NCBI GenBank assembly: GCA_001029775.1
Contig: CP011215.1
Coordinates: forward strand, 554,303 to 618,302
DNA length: 64,000 nucleotides
Direction of reading: 5' to 3'
Source: Candidatus Campbellbacteria bacterium GW2011_OD1_34_28
GTDB taxonomy: Bacteria; Patescibacteriota; Minisyncoccia; Phycocordibacterales; UBA12079
Shown here: positions 8,538 through 18,185 of the stretch, piece after piece
How positions within the stretch are numbered: the stretch's first letter is position 1
Layout: each line of letters opens with the position of its first letter
Position numbers and translations under genes: made by a program
Notes under the pieces: model-generated
Seen by the model: the letters and a program-made list of their open reading frames with translations, nothing else
What the model was told of the DNA's origin: nothing
Databases searched by the model: none

Positions 8538-9908
8538 TTATTTTAATTTATCTAAAGCTATTTTTAATCTTTCAATTGTTTTTTGTTTTCCCAAAATCTC
8601 CGACAATGTAAAAGGATCTGGCGACTTATCTTTTCCTGACAATGCAAATCTCATTGGCCAAAGGACATTTCCCCTACCCTTTTCTGTTGCATAATCCCAA
8701 AGAGATGTTTTTATCTCATCAGACTGAAAATTATCAATATTGTCAATAATTGAGATAATCTTGTTTAAATGTCCAATAGTTTCTTGTTTTTGGGCATCTT
8801 TCCAGAGTAAATTTTCTCCGTTATATTCTGGATTTTTAAAATAATATTCCAATTCCCCACCCTCAAACATTTCTTTCAAATCTGAAAATTTATTTATTCT
8901 TTCTTTTATAACGGGTAACATTTTTGTCAGAATTTCATCAGAATATTCTCTCATATCTTTTAATTTTTCAGGTAAAAATTCTAAAACTTTTTCTCTAAAA
9001 GATTGTTCCGACATTTTTTTGATATATTCTTTGTTAAACCAGTCCAATTTAACAAGGTCAAAAATTGCACCTCCTTTTTGTATTTTTGTTAAATCAAATT
9101 CCTCGATTAGTTCTCCAAGAGAAAAAATTTCTTTGTCTGTTCCAGGGTTCCACCCTAAAAGCATCAAATAGTTTATCATTGCTTCTGGCAAGTATCCCAT
9201 CTTTCTGTATTCACGAATAGAAACAGCTCCGTGTCTTTTTGAAAGTTTTGACCGATCTGGTGCCAAGCTAAAAGGCATGTGAGTATAAAATGGTCTTGGC
9301 GCATTGATTGCTTCTTGTATAAGAATTTGTCTTGGGGTATTTGATATTCCGTCTTCTCCTCGGATTATATGCGTCACACCCATTTCATAGTCATCAACAA
9401 CAACCGCTAGATGGTAAAGCGGTTCGGTTAAACTTTTTGCAATTACAAAGTCTCCTAGTTCGGTTGTATCAAATTCTATATCTCCTCTAACTGTATCTTT
9501 GAAGATAACTTTTTTATTTGGATTTTTAAATCTTATAACTTCTGTTCTATCACCTTCTTTTTCGGCAATTTCTTTTGATACATAGGCTGTACCATCGGCA
9601 ATCATTTTTTCCAAATATTTTCTATAAGTTTCTCCCCTCTCGGACTGTCTTACAATTTTTGTTTTGTCTATTTCTATTCCCAACCATTCCAAACTTTCCA
9701 ATATTTCATCTTCAAATTCTTTTTTAGATCTTTCTCTGTCTGTATCTTCTGATCTAAAGAGCATTTCACCTCCATTTTGTTTTGCGTAAATATAATTAAA
9801 CAAAGCTGTTCTGGCGCTTCCTACATGGAGATATCCTGTTGGCGACGGTGGAAAACGGGTTATTATTTTTTTGGTTTGTTCTGTCATGTTTCGTATATAT
9901 AATAACAA
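8538..9908 (-). CDS. gltX: glutamyl-tRNA synthetase
   Basis: 456 aa. Class I HIGH region (RFPPSPTGYLHVGSARTALFNY) and KMSKS-like LSKRHG. Confidence 0.85.
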   Translation of the reverse strand: MLLYIRNMTEQTKKIITRFPPSPTGYLHVGSARTALFNYIYAKQNGGEMLFRSEDTDRERSKKEFEDEILESLEWLGIEIDKTKIVRQSERGETYRKYLEKMIADGTAYVSKEIAEKEGDRTEVIRFKNPNKKVIFKDTVRGDIEFDTTELGDFVIAKSLTEPLYHLAVVVDDYEMGVTHIIRGEDGISNTPRQILIQEAINAPRPFYTHMPFSLAPDRSKLSKRHGAVSIREYRKMGYLPEAMINYLMLLGWNPGTDKEIFSLGELIEEFDLTKIQKGGAIFDLVKLDWFNKEYIKKMSEQSFREKVLEFLPEKLKDMREYSDEILTKMLPVIKERINKFSDLKEMFEGGELEYYFKNPEYNGENLLWKDAQKQETIGHLNKIISIIDNIDNFQSDEIKTSLWDYATEKGRGNVLWPMRFALSGKDKSPDPFTLSEILGKQKTIERLKIALDKLK

Positions 9909-9942
9909 TTTTATAGCTTAATTTAAAGCCTGAGATTTTTTG

Positions 9943-10236
9943 CTATTTATTGAATAATTTTATTGCTTCGTCAAAAGAGTCTCCTTTTATCAGTTTGTTT
10001 CTTCTTTCGTGCCCACACTTTTCACATTTTTGAACAACATAAAATAAGTCGGATTTTTTATCTAATCCTGTTGGTTTCATCATTCCTCCACAGTCGGCCA
10101 ATCTATCTCCTGGATTTATATCAACATGTTTGGACCAAAGGCATTTTGGACAGTGGTTTGTGTATCCATCTCCGATTACTTCTGTTCCGCAATTTTCACA
10201 AACAAAATCTTCTATTGTTCTTGTAAATTTTTTCAT
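9943..10236 (-). CDS. RNHCP-domain zinc-ribbon protein
   Basis: 97 aa. CENCGTE...GYTNHCPKCLWSKHVD...CEKCGH, with the TNHCP motif of the RNHCP family. Confidence 0.55.
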   Translation of the reverse strand: MKKFTRTIEDFVCENCGTEVIGDGYTNHCPKCLWSKHVDINPGDRLADCGGMMKPTGLDKKSDLFYVVQKCEKCGHERRNKLIKGDSFDEAIKLFNK

Positions 10237-10244
10237 CGGTATAT

Positions 10245-11372
10245 TTATTTCTCATGGCCTAAAGCAATTTCTAAAATACCGTTAGCAATTTTTTCTCCTG
10301 CATCTAATTTTGCAAATTTTTTTGTTGCTTCTGCCATTTGATTTCTTTTTTCCTCATTATTCATCAGATTTACTATTTCTGCTTCTAGAAGGTGCGGTGT
10401 TAAATTGTTTTCTTCAACAACTATTGTTGCTCCTGTTCTAGCATAAGAATAGGCATTTTTTCTTTGATGATCTCCTGCCGAACTATTTATAGGGATTACA
10501 ATACTTGGAATTCCCCAAGCAGCGATTTCAGAAATTGAACCACCTGCTCGTGATATGATCAAATCACTTGCTCCAACCGCCATTTTCAAAGCAAGAAAAT
10601 CAAGATATTTGAAAGGTTTGTATCTTTTTTTGTAAGAGCTATCTTGGATTAACATATTTGCTCGCGATACTACTTCTTCAAAATTGTTTTTTCCTGTTTG
10701 ATGTATTATTTGATATTTATCCAAAATGTTTGGCAAAATATCGACAATAATATCATTAATTATTTGTGAACCTTGTGATCCACCTAGAATCAAAATTGTC
10801 GGTGTCTCTTTTTCTAGTTTTAAAAATTCGTGTGCTCCTTGTTCAAGAGGTGTTGTCAATCCTCTTCTGATTGGATTACCTGTATAGGCGGTTTTGCTTT
10901 TATCCAAGTAATCAGCAGTTTCTGGAAAACCAATTGAAACTTTTTTTGCAAATTTTGAAGCCCACAGAGCTACTTTCCCAGGAACAGTATCGGTTACGTG
11001 AACTACTACAGGAATTCTGAAAAATTTTGCAGCAAAAAGCATCGGGAAAGCACCGTATCCCCCGTTGGTAAATACTACATCGGGATAAATTGACCACATC
11101 ATAAAAAGAGCTTTTATTACAGCGTTGATTGTTTTGAAAATATCAAAAAAATTTTGAATAGAAAAATATAATCTCAATTTTCCCGTAGATAATTTTTTGA
11201 AAGTAATGTCGTTTCTGAACAAAAGATCTTCGTCGTATGGTTGGTCTGAAACAAAGAACATTTCTGGTTGTAGTAATTTGTGTTCCTCAGAGATTTTTCT
11301 GATGTGTTGAGCAACAGCAACCATTGGGTAAAAATGTCCGCCTGTTCCTCCTCCTGTTAATAAAATTTTCAT
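10245..11372 (-). CDS. murG: UDP-N-acetylglucosamine--N-acetylmuramyl-(pentapeptide) pyrophosphoryl-undecaprenol GlcNAc transferase
   Basis: 375 aa. MKILLTGGGTGGHFYPMVAVA is the MurG N-terminus. GT28 C-terminal domain. Adjacent to ftsW. Confidence 0.85.
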   Translation of the reverse strand: MKILLTGGGTGGHFYPMVAVAQHIRKISEEHKLLQPEMFFVSDQPYDEDLLFRNDITFKKLSTGKLRLYFSIQNFFDIFKTINAVIKALFMMWSIYPDVVFTNGGYGAFPMLFAAKFFRIPVVVHVTDTVPGKVALWASKFAKKVSIGFPETADYLDKSKTAYTGNPIRRGLTTPLEQGAHEFLKLEKETPTILILGGSQGSQIINDIIVDILPNILDKYQIIHQTGKNNFEEVVSRANMLIQDSSYKKRYKPFKYLDFLALKMAVGASDLIISRAGGSISEIAAWGIPSIVIPINSSAGDHQRKNAYSYARTGATIVVEENNLTPHLLEAEIVNLMNNEEKRNQMAEATKKFAKLDAGEKIANGILEIALGHEK

Positions 11373-11388
11373 AAATAAAAATGATCAA

Positions 11389-12486
11389 TTATCTTTTTTG
11401 ATATCTGGAAATATTTAGAATAATTCCGACTTCTAATAATGTAATAAATAGTGCTGTTCCTCCGTGACTGACAAACAACAAAGGTATTCCTGTTAATGGA
11501 AATATTCCCAACATTGAAGCCATATTAATAAATGATTGGGACACTATCAGTATAACAATTCCAACCGCCAATAGTCTACCAAAAGTACTGTCTGATTTTG
11601 ATGCGATTTGGAATCCTCGAAAGGCAAACGCCAAGAATAGTGATATGAGCAAGACTGATCCAACAAATCCCCACTCTTCTGCTGTAACCGCAAAAATAGA
11701 GTCGCCTATTGGTTCAGGAAGATAGTTAAATTTTTGAATACTTTTTCCAAATCCTCTACCAAACCATTCTCCTGATCCAACAGCAATAAGAGATTGTTTT
11801 ATTTGGTATCCTGCTCCCAGACTATCTGCGGATGGGTTTAAAAAAGTGACTATTCTTTGTAGCACATATGGTTTCATCATTATCCACCCGCCAGCTCCCG
11901 CCAGTGCCACCCCTACCAAACCAAACAAATGACTCCACTTTGCTTCAGCTGCAAAAAATATACAAAATCCTGCAATTGCCAAAACTAAAAATGTTCCAGT
12001 ATCCGGTTGTTTCAATATCACCGCACCACTTATGACTATCATTCCAAGTAATGGGAAAAAACCATATTTTAAATTTTTTATCATTCCTTTAACACTGGCA
12101 AGCCACGCTGATAAATAAATAACAAAAGCTAGTTTCAAAAGTTCTGATGGTTGAAATGTTTGTCCTGCAATTTTAATCCATCTTTTTGCTCCGCCGTGCT
12201 CCATGCCCAAAAAAGGGACAAAGACCATCGCAGTTAGAAAAAGCGCAAAAAGAAAAATATAAAAAGCATATTTTCTATAATGAGTATAATGAACTCTGGA
12301 TGTTATAAACATAGCTGTTAAACCCAAAACAAGACCTAGAGCTATTTGATTAAACATAATAGAAGACATCCTTGCTCCCTCTCGTGTTAATAGCCCTAGA
12401 GACGCAGATGAAAATATAAAAAAACCAGACAAGACTAGTAGTCCTACAATAATCAAAAATATTTTATCCACATTTTTTCTGTGCAT
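11389..12486 (-). CDS. ftsW: SEDS-family cell division protein FtsW/RodA
   Basis: Multi-TM protein of the FtsW/RodA family, immediately upstream of murG (dcw cluster). Likely start at MHRKNV (12486) rather than the track start. Confidence 0.7.
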   Translation of the reverse strand: MHRKNVDKIFLIIVGLLVLSGFFIFSSASLGLLTREGARMSSIMFNQIALGLVLGLTAMFITSRVHYTHYRKYAFYIFLFALFLTAMVFVPFLGMEHGGAKRWIKIAGQTFQPSELLKLAFVIYLSAWLASVKGMIKNLKYGFFPLLGMIVISGAVILKQPDTGTFLVLAIAGFCIFFAAEAKWSHLFGLVGVALAGAGGWIMMKPYVLQRIVTFLNPSADSLGAGYQIKQSLIAVGSGEWFGRGFGKSIQKFNYLPEPIGDSIFAVTAEEWGFVGSVLLISLFLAFAFRGFQIASKSDSTFGRLLAVGIVILIVSQSFINMASMLGIFPLTGIPLLFVSHGGTALFITLLEVGIILNISRYQKR

Positions 12487-12561
12487 TGAGCTTATTATAC
12501 AATGCAAAATTTGAAATATGAAAAAAATATGTGAATACCAGCGCTGACGCGCAAGTATCAA

Positions 12562-13518
12562 GGTGTAAGTAGAAAGGTATAAGTAGAAAGGTGTAAGTAG
12601 AAAGGTGTAAGGGTTAAGTCATAAGAAACAAAAAAGTTTTTGACTATAAATATAAAAAATCAAAAATCCGCGGTTTAGCGCGGATTTTTGATTTAATTGT
12701 TTTTGATATCTATAAGCCGAATTCTGTATCCGTCGATTGACGGACGATAATTATTTATCTGGGATCGTTGTTGTCAACAACCTCTAGCGACTCCCCCAGT
12801 CGCTCCTCGCCAAGCTCGTCGCGAATTTTCAATTTTCAAGGTTCAATTTTCATTTGTTAAATGTAAATTGAAAATTGTTAAATGAAAATTCGTTCCGAAC
12901 GCAGTGAGGAACGGCTGGATACGGTCTTGCACTCAGGTAAGGATTTAGCCGTTTCACTTTCTATGTTTCCATAAAAACTAACCCCGAGGGGTTCTTAAAA
13001 TTTTTCAATTTTAAGCGTCTCTGCTCGCACCTCTAAAATCACTTTTGACGGGTGTTACCCGCTACCCTTGTCGCTCCTCGCTTCGCTCGGAGCAAGTAAT
13101 AAGGAGAAAGGCATAAGGAGTAAGTAAAAAATTTGCTCCGCAAATTTTTTCGTTTCTTATTACTTACACCTTACTACTTAATACTTGCGCGCCAGCGCAA
13201 CGAGGAACGACCGAGTGTTCGGACTTTCCTCTTGGTCATTCCTCACTGTGTTCGGAACGAAGAATTAGAATTTAGTATGAGAATTAGGAATTAAATTTGC
13301 AAGGCAAATTTAATTCTAATACTTTTCCCTAATACTTTGTGACGAATAAAGTGAGGAACAACCAAGCAATTATCCAATATCAAAGAACAAAGATATTATA
13401 TAGTACTGCTATTGACAAATCAAGCATTTTTGTTATTTACTCTTGACTAAACAGGGTTTTATATAGTATAGTTATGGGTAGAAATAGTGTCATTTTTTGA
13501 CAAAACAATATAACTTTT
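12562..13518. repeat. about 950-bp ORF-free, repeat-rich region with nested inverted repeats and multiple perfect hairpins (candidate structured ncRNA or MITE-like element)
   Basis: No ORF of 60 aa or more in any frame. Outer inverted repeat cgcgcaagtatcaaggtgtaagtag (12550) pairs with cttacacc...acttgcgcg (13165). Inner inverted repeat gttccgaacgcagtgaggaa (12886) pairs with ttcctcactgtgttcggaac (13237). GAGGAAC motif occurs 3 times. At least 8 short perfect hairpins. Confidence 0.35.
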
Positions 13519-13545
13519 GTGTCCGTTTGGACAAGGAGGAGTGGT

Positions 13546-14682
13546 ATGAAAAATTTTTTCAAGAATGTGTGGAGAAGAAAACCTTCGTCTACACCACCAA
13601 CAACACCTACACCACCTACACCACCTACACCACCTACACCACCATCACTAACACCTACACAGGAACCGGAAAAGGGAAAAAAGTCAATAAAAAGGTTGTA
13701 TACCTTTTTGATCGGGATGGCTTTCAACGCGGGGTTGATTTTTGTGGCGACTATTATCGTCACCAATTTCACCGGCGGTTTCAGTATCCGTGGCATCATT
13801 GCCTCGGTGCTCGTTGACTTGGCAATTCTACTTGTCTTTGGGTGGAATGGAATTCGTGAAATCAAACCAGTGCACATTGGTGTGCCGATGATCTTCGGAG
13901 ATTTGTCGGACTTATTTTTGCTCCCTGGCGGTTATTTCTGGTTACCTCCCAAACCTTTTATGGATTTTGTGGAGGTGTCTTTGAAAGAGAGGACGATGAA
14001 TCCTGACATTAAAGGGATTTTGTCGTCTGACAACAAAACGGCGAGCATCGACGCTCAAATTCAGTTTTTTGTAAGTAACCCGTACATTTACTTGAAAGTG
14101 GATGAACCCGACAAGGCTCTTGAGGGTCTGGTTGGGAGAAATGTCCGATGGCTGGCAAATATGGTGGAGGTCGTAAAACTTCCTGGGGTGAAGGGTCTAT
14201 TTTCCGATCTCTTGGAAGGAACAACTTTGGACAAGATAGTTGGGCATGATTCAACCGACACTGACAGAGTCGTCGCAGAGGCGTTGGCCTTAGGTCTAAT
14301 AAAAGACTCAGCAGAAGATTTTTCAAAAATAAACGTCGGCGGTATCAAAGAAACCGCGGAAGAATGGGGATTGACTATTAAGAAAGCCATGGTGACTGAG
14401 GTGGGAATTCCACAAGAAATCACCAAGGCCAATGCTGAAAAAGATGTTGAGATGGCCCAGGCCAGATCGGAAACTATTCAGCAGGAATTGTTTTGGACAC
14501 TTCTCGGCGGTGGAAATCTGGAGGAAGGAAAAGAGGTTTGGAAGAAGATGGATGGTCCTGAAAGGGCTAAAATAATTCAAGCCGAGAGAAATAAAAGAAC
14601 CGTCATCACGGTTGATGGCAACGCGGGAGATTTCACAAAGGGTGCTGTCGCGGGTGCTCAAATAACCGGAGGTAACCCATGA
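13546..14682 (+). CDS. SPFH/band-7 (stomatin/HflK-like) membrane protein with Pro/Thr-rich linker
   Basis: RBS aggagg plus ATG at 13546. TPPTPPTPP linker encoded by acaccacctac direct repeats. TM segment, then SPFH-like domain. G+C-rich island. Confidence 0.6.
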   Translation: MKNFFKNVWRRKPSSTPPTTPTPPTPPTPPTPPSLTPTQEPEKGKKSIKRLYTFLIGMAFNAGLIFVATIIVTNFTGGFSIRGIIASVLVDLAILLVFGWNGIREIKPVHIGVPMIFGDLSDLFLLPGGYFWLPPKPFMDFVEVSLKERTMNPDIKGILSSDNKTASIDAQIQFFVSNPYIYLKVDEPDKALEGLVGRNVRWLANMVEVVKLPGVKGLFSDLLEGTTLDKIVGHDSTDTDRVVAEALALGLIKDSAEDFSKINVGGIKETAEEWGLTIKKAMVTEVGIPQEITKANAEKDVEMAQARSETIQQELFWTLLGGGNLEEGKEVWKKMDGPERAKIIQAERNKRTVITVDGNAGDFTKGAVAGAQITGGNP

Positions 14683-15158
14683 AAAGAATCAGCTGGGGAT
14701 GGCCCACGACACTTGTCGTTATAGCGGTCATCGTAATTTTGACGGCATCGCTTCCGATGCCGAGTTGCACTAAAAAAGTAAAAGTGGGAGACTCTCCTTC
14801 TGTGACGTCAGGTTCAGAGATTGAGTGGCCTAGAGCGTACAAGGAAACAGTAAATCCGGATCGCGAGGAGTTCGTGTATCCGGGGAAAGACATGTGGCTG
14901 GAGGAGCCGGTATATGTCTCTGGGCTTCACTGGGCGTGGTTCGATTTCGTTGACAAGAACATTAGTGATGATCGAATGTATGTCCGGTGTGCTAATGTTC
15001 CGGAGAATCTGGATAATGCAAAAGTCCGGATGATAAATGCAAATTCAAACCAGGATCCTTTTCCAGGGATTACTGGGTGCAGGTACTTCGACATGAAGTT
15101 ACCTCCAGACACAAGAGTTGGGAATCCTGTAGTATCATTTCGCATCAGCAAGATGTGA
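14679..15158 (+). CDS. lipoprotein-like secreted protein, translationally coupled to the SPFH gene
   Basis: 159 aa. Its ATG overlaps the upstream TGA (ATGA). Signal peptide with Cys (LPMPSC). G+C-rich. Hairpin terminator at about 15165-15210. Confidence 0.5.
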   Translation: MKRISWGWPTTLVVIAVIVILTASLPMPSCTKKVKVGDSPSVTSGSEIEWPRAYKETVNPDREEFVYPGKDMWLEEPVYVSGLHWAWFDFVDKNISDDRMYVRCANVPENLDNAKVRMINANSNQDPFPGITGCRYFDMKLPPDTRVGNPVVSFRISKM

Positions 15159-15275
15159 TGAAACACAGGAAAAAGCGGTTGCAGGGATTCGTCCCCACAA
15201 CCGCTTTTTTTATTTTGAATGAAATAATGACGTGGATTGCTTCGTCGCAGGCTCCTCGCAAAGACGGGCCACTTT

Positions 15276-15620
15276 TTACAGCACCCCTACTCCCAACTGA
15301 TTAATCGTTCCTGCAATAACTTTTGCTAAAATAGATGAGCCTAACAAAACAGCAATGCCTACAAGCGTCCAAAGAAGTGCTTGATGTGCTTTTGCAACTT
15401 TTCCGGGGTTTCCTCTTGCTTCTACATATAAAAATCCGGCAAAAATAAGGAACAAAACTGCAATCGGCGTACCTATTTGAATCATTACTTTTATTATAAG
15501 ATCAATAAGACCTTGAATTGTGCCAACATTTAATGGATTGTCTACACCTGTACCTATCGCCCCAACAAAACTAAAAGGAATGATCAGAAAAACGCTTATT
15601 AATAAAATATATTTTTTCAT
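15276..15620 (-). CDS. TrbC/VirB2-like pilin-type membrane protein
   Basis: 114 aa. Signal peptide plus two hydrophobic segments (IQIGTPIAVLFLIFAGFLYVEARG), the architecture of type IV secretion pilins. Confidence 0.5.
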   Translation of the reverse strand: MKKYILLISVFLIIPFSFVGAIGTGVDNPLNVGTIQGLIDLIIKVMIQIGTPIAVLFLIFAGFLYVEARGNPGKVAKAHQALLWTLVGIAVLLGSSILAKVIAGTINQLGVGVL

Positions 15621-15645
15621 AATTAAAACAAATTATTTTTTTAAA

Positions 15646-16053
15646 CTAATTTAAAAAGTCTTGATAATATTCTGGCTTTGCTAAAACACTGACGATCAAT
15701 TTTACAATAAGCCAAGAAGCAAGAATCCAAAACATTCCTGTTATCAAAGACACTATTCTTCCTCTTGCTGCTGAAACGGCACTTGATTTGTTTCCTTCTA
15801 CTATCAATGTCCAACCGATCCACGCAAACAAAATTGTCGCAATTGGAATAGATAACCAAATAAAAACGTCTAAAATAGTATCCATCAATATTATTAAATC
15901 AGACCAATGGCATCCATCTGGAGAGGCACTTTGTGTTCTAGCACAATTTGGCACAATTGACGGGTTGAGAGGACTCCACGCTTTTGCTAAAACAGGAATA
16001 GATAATATCCCCCACAAACCCAAAGAATAAATTTTTGAAAGTGATATTCGCAT
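15646..16053 (-). CDS. pilin-like membrane protein (paralogous architecture to 15276..15620)
   Basis: 135 aa. Signal peptide, Cys pair, two TM segments. Confidence 0.4.
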   Translation of the reverse strand: MRISLSKIYSLGLWGILSIPVLAKAWSPLNPSIVPNCARTQSASPDGCHWSDLIILMDTILDVFIWLSIPIATILFAWIGWTLIVEGNKSSAVSAARGRIVSLITGMFWILASWLIVKLIVSVLAKPEYYQDFLN

Positions 16054-16070
16054 TATATTGGTTTATTTTT

Positions 16071-17360
16071 TTATCTTGTAATTAAAGCAATCATTTCGTC
16101 TTCTGCTTGCTGTATTGCCTCGGAAATCTTTTTTCTTCCAGATATAATTGAATTTATCATAGCATTAAAGATTTCACTCGTCTCGTCTTTGTTTAGGTCT
16201 AGCCATCCTTTTGAAATAAGAGCGGATTTATAAAATATGTCTAAATAAGGATCTGCAACTTCCTTGGATGAAAGAGCACGCGACACAGGAGGAAGATTTG
16301 TTAATTCTGATAGGTGTATTAAAACATCGTCATTTGTAAGAGCTTGGATTGTACTATATGAATGACCTATGTTTTTTGATGCTTTGACAACTGCCAATCC
16401 GTACATCTTTCCAAAAGTAACAACATTTCCACTTTCTGTTTGTGGCATCATTGCAACATCAAAATTTAAGTTTGGATTTTTTGTTCGGAGTTGTGATAGT
16501 TCACTTGCAAAACCAAAGTAAAGAGCCAAATCACCCGCTAAAAATGATTTAGTTGAATCTGGCAGGGCTCTGTTCCATGTGTAAACTGGTTTTACAGGAT
16601 TTGAGAATTGAGTATAAAAACTTAGTGCTTCTTCTGTTGGAGAAATTTCGTTTCCAGCAGTTTGTGAAAGTGTTACATCAAAAGAATCATCGGTTCTTTT
16701 TGTAATCGGATTGCCAGTTTGCATAAGCAAGGTAGAAATAATTTCTTTTGCATGAGAAATATTTTGATAATCGCCAAGTGCAACCAAGCTGGTAAAAATA
16801 TTAAAATCTTTGTCTTTGTCGGTTACTTTTTGGCTAAGAGCAAAAAATTCGTCCCAATATTTTGGTGCTATCGCAATACCATTTTTTGAAAAAATATCCC
16901 TATTCCAGTACATTACCATTGGGTCAATTGTAAAAGGAAAAGCTAATATCCCTGAATTTGTTAAATATAATTCACCTTCTTCGATGAATTTATCTTTAAA
17001 ATTTCTTACGGAATAAGTGTCGTATGGTACTGCAAATATTTTATCTTCGTGTTTTACAATACTGTCTTGGGGCAACATAAAGACATCTGGGCCTTTTCCA
17101 GAAGAGATTGCCTCGGCTAATTCTTGATTAAAATTTTCTTCGTCTATTTGGCGATATGTCACTCCATCATAAATATTATCGCTCTCACTTTTTAATTTAT
17201 CCAAAACTTGATTCATCAAATCTTTATCTAGTGTTCCCCAGATAGCGACAGACCCAACCGAATCTGAACTGCCACCTTTTCCAAATGTGGCAAATAAAAC
17301 AACTCCTACCATAATAAAGAAAACGAATATTCCTGTAAGTACGATTTGAAAATTTGTCAT
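16071..17360 (-). CDS. ABC transporter substrate-binding protein (family 1, sugar-type), membrane-anchored
   Basis: 429 aa. N-terminal TM anchor, then a periplasmic-binding-protein-like fold typical of CPR solute-binding proteins. Confidence 0.65.
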   Translation of the reverse strand: MTNFQIVLTGIFVFFIMVGVVLFATFGKGGSSDSVGSVAIWGTLDKDLMNQVLDKLKSESDNIYDGVTYRQIDEENFNQELAEAISSGKGPDVFMLPQDSIVKHEDKIFAVPYDTYSVRNFKDKFIEEGELYLTNSGILAFPFTIDPMVMYWNRDIFSKNGIAIAPKYWDEFFALSQKVTDKDKDFNIFTSLVALGDYQNISHAKEIISTLLMQTGNPITKRTDDSFDVTLSQTAGNEISPTEEALSFYTQFSNPVKPVYTWNRALPDSTKSFLAGDLALYFGFASELSQLRTKNPNLNFDVAMMPQTESGNVVTFGKMYGLAVVKASKNIGHSYSTIQALTNDDVLIHLSELTNLPPVSRALSSKEVADPYLDIFYKSALISKGWLDLNKDETSEIFNAMINSIISGRKKISEAIQQAEDEMIALITR

Positions 17361-17890
17361 TATTTTTTTCTAAAAATTATCCCGTAATGATTTTCTCCTG
17401 CTTCTATTTTTTTAACGATAACAAATCCTTTATTGATAAAAAAATCTTCGGCTTGTTGCTCATTAAATACCATTTCTTTCGCAGGACCTATGTTATTGAA
17501 AGAATCAGACCAATCAACTACCAAAACTCTGCCATTTGGACGTAAAATTCTTTTTGTTTCAGACGCGAGGGCTTCTTTATTTTCTATTTGAAATAAGATG
17601 TTGGATAGTATAATTGCGTCAACAGAAGAATCTGCAAGTCTTGTTCCTCCCAATTTTTCTACATCCCCCCAAATATATTCTATATTAAATATTCTTTCAG
17701 TTTCTGCTTGTTTTTGAAGTTTTTCCAAAAGATTTTTTTGTACATCTATAGCGTAAACTCTACCCTCTTCCCCTACTTTTTTTGAAGCGGAAATAGTATA
17801 AAAACCAGAGCCAACACCCAAATCGGCGATCATCATTCCCTTCTCCAATCCAAATTGTTCGATATTTTTTTGCGGGTCTATAAAAGCCAT
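17360..17890 (-). CDS. class I SAM-dependent methyltransferase
   Basis: 176 aa. Motif I DLGVGSGFYT and a Rossmann-fold pattern. Confidence 0.7.
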   Translation of the reverse strand: MAFIDPQKNIEQFGLEKGMMIADLGVGSGFYTISASKKVGEEGRVYAIDVQKNLLEKLQKQAETERIFNIEYIWGDVEKLGGTRLADSSVDAIILSNILFQIENKEALASETKRILRPNGRVLVVDWSDSFNNIGPAKEMVFNEQQAEDFFINKGFVIVKKIEAGENHYGIIFRKK

Positions 17891-18032
17891 TAGGTATATT
17901 TTACTTGAAATTGCTCTTTTTTAAAACAGATTAAGGGGGATAACGGAACGAAGCATCAAGGGGTAAGGGGTAAGGTGTAAGTATTAAGTAGTGAGTATTA
18001 AGTAGTAAGGGGTAAGTAGACGAGAAATTTGC

Positions 18033-18075
18033 CCTGCCTCTTTTCTGAAAGAAAAGCAACGACACGGCAGGCAGG
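18033..18075. repeat. 43-nt CCTGCC hairpin repeat (other copies 26120-26162, 29280-29318, 56741-56784)
   Basis: cctgcctcttttctgaaagaaaagcaacgacacggcaggcagg. Outer stem cctgcc/ggcagg encloses inner hairpin cttttct/agaaaag. Four near-identical copies in both orientations. Confidence 0.7.
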
Positions 18076-18152
18076 TTTACAAATTTCATTCTTGTCCGTC
18101 TTTGCGAGTGAAACGAAGCAATCCAGGACATTAATATTTTTTAAACAAAAAA

Positions 18153-18177
18153 CTCCCAGCACACAATGTGCCGGGAG
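18153..18177 (-). terminator. conserved cassette terminator T2 (ctcccagcac-N5-gtgctgggag); copies at 25565-25589 and 29397-29421
   Basis: Perfect or near-perfect 10-bp stem followed by a T-run on the minus strand. Three copies, each downstream of a minus-strand cargo gene. Confidence 0.65.
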
Positions 18178-18185
18178 TTTACAAA

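Noticed and set aside
8538-9990. T-box or other riboswitch upstream of aaRS genes (gltX, tyrS, aspS)
   Set aside because: No AGGGTGGNACCGCG-type T-box core or other riboswitch consensus was recognisable in the short AT-rich leaders.
12561-12620. CRISPR array (tandem heptamers and other short repeats)
   Set aside because: Repeats are 7-nt degenerate units without unique spacers, not 24-48-nt repeats separated by spacers. No cas genes are present.
13437-13877. ORFs 13437..13877(-) and 13497..13817(+) at the start of the SPFH island
   Set aside because: They overlap the SPFH gene, whose frame has aggagg plus ATG at 13546 and a recognisable SPFH domain. The others are repeat-driven (acaccacctac) open frames.
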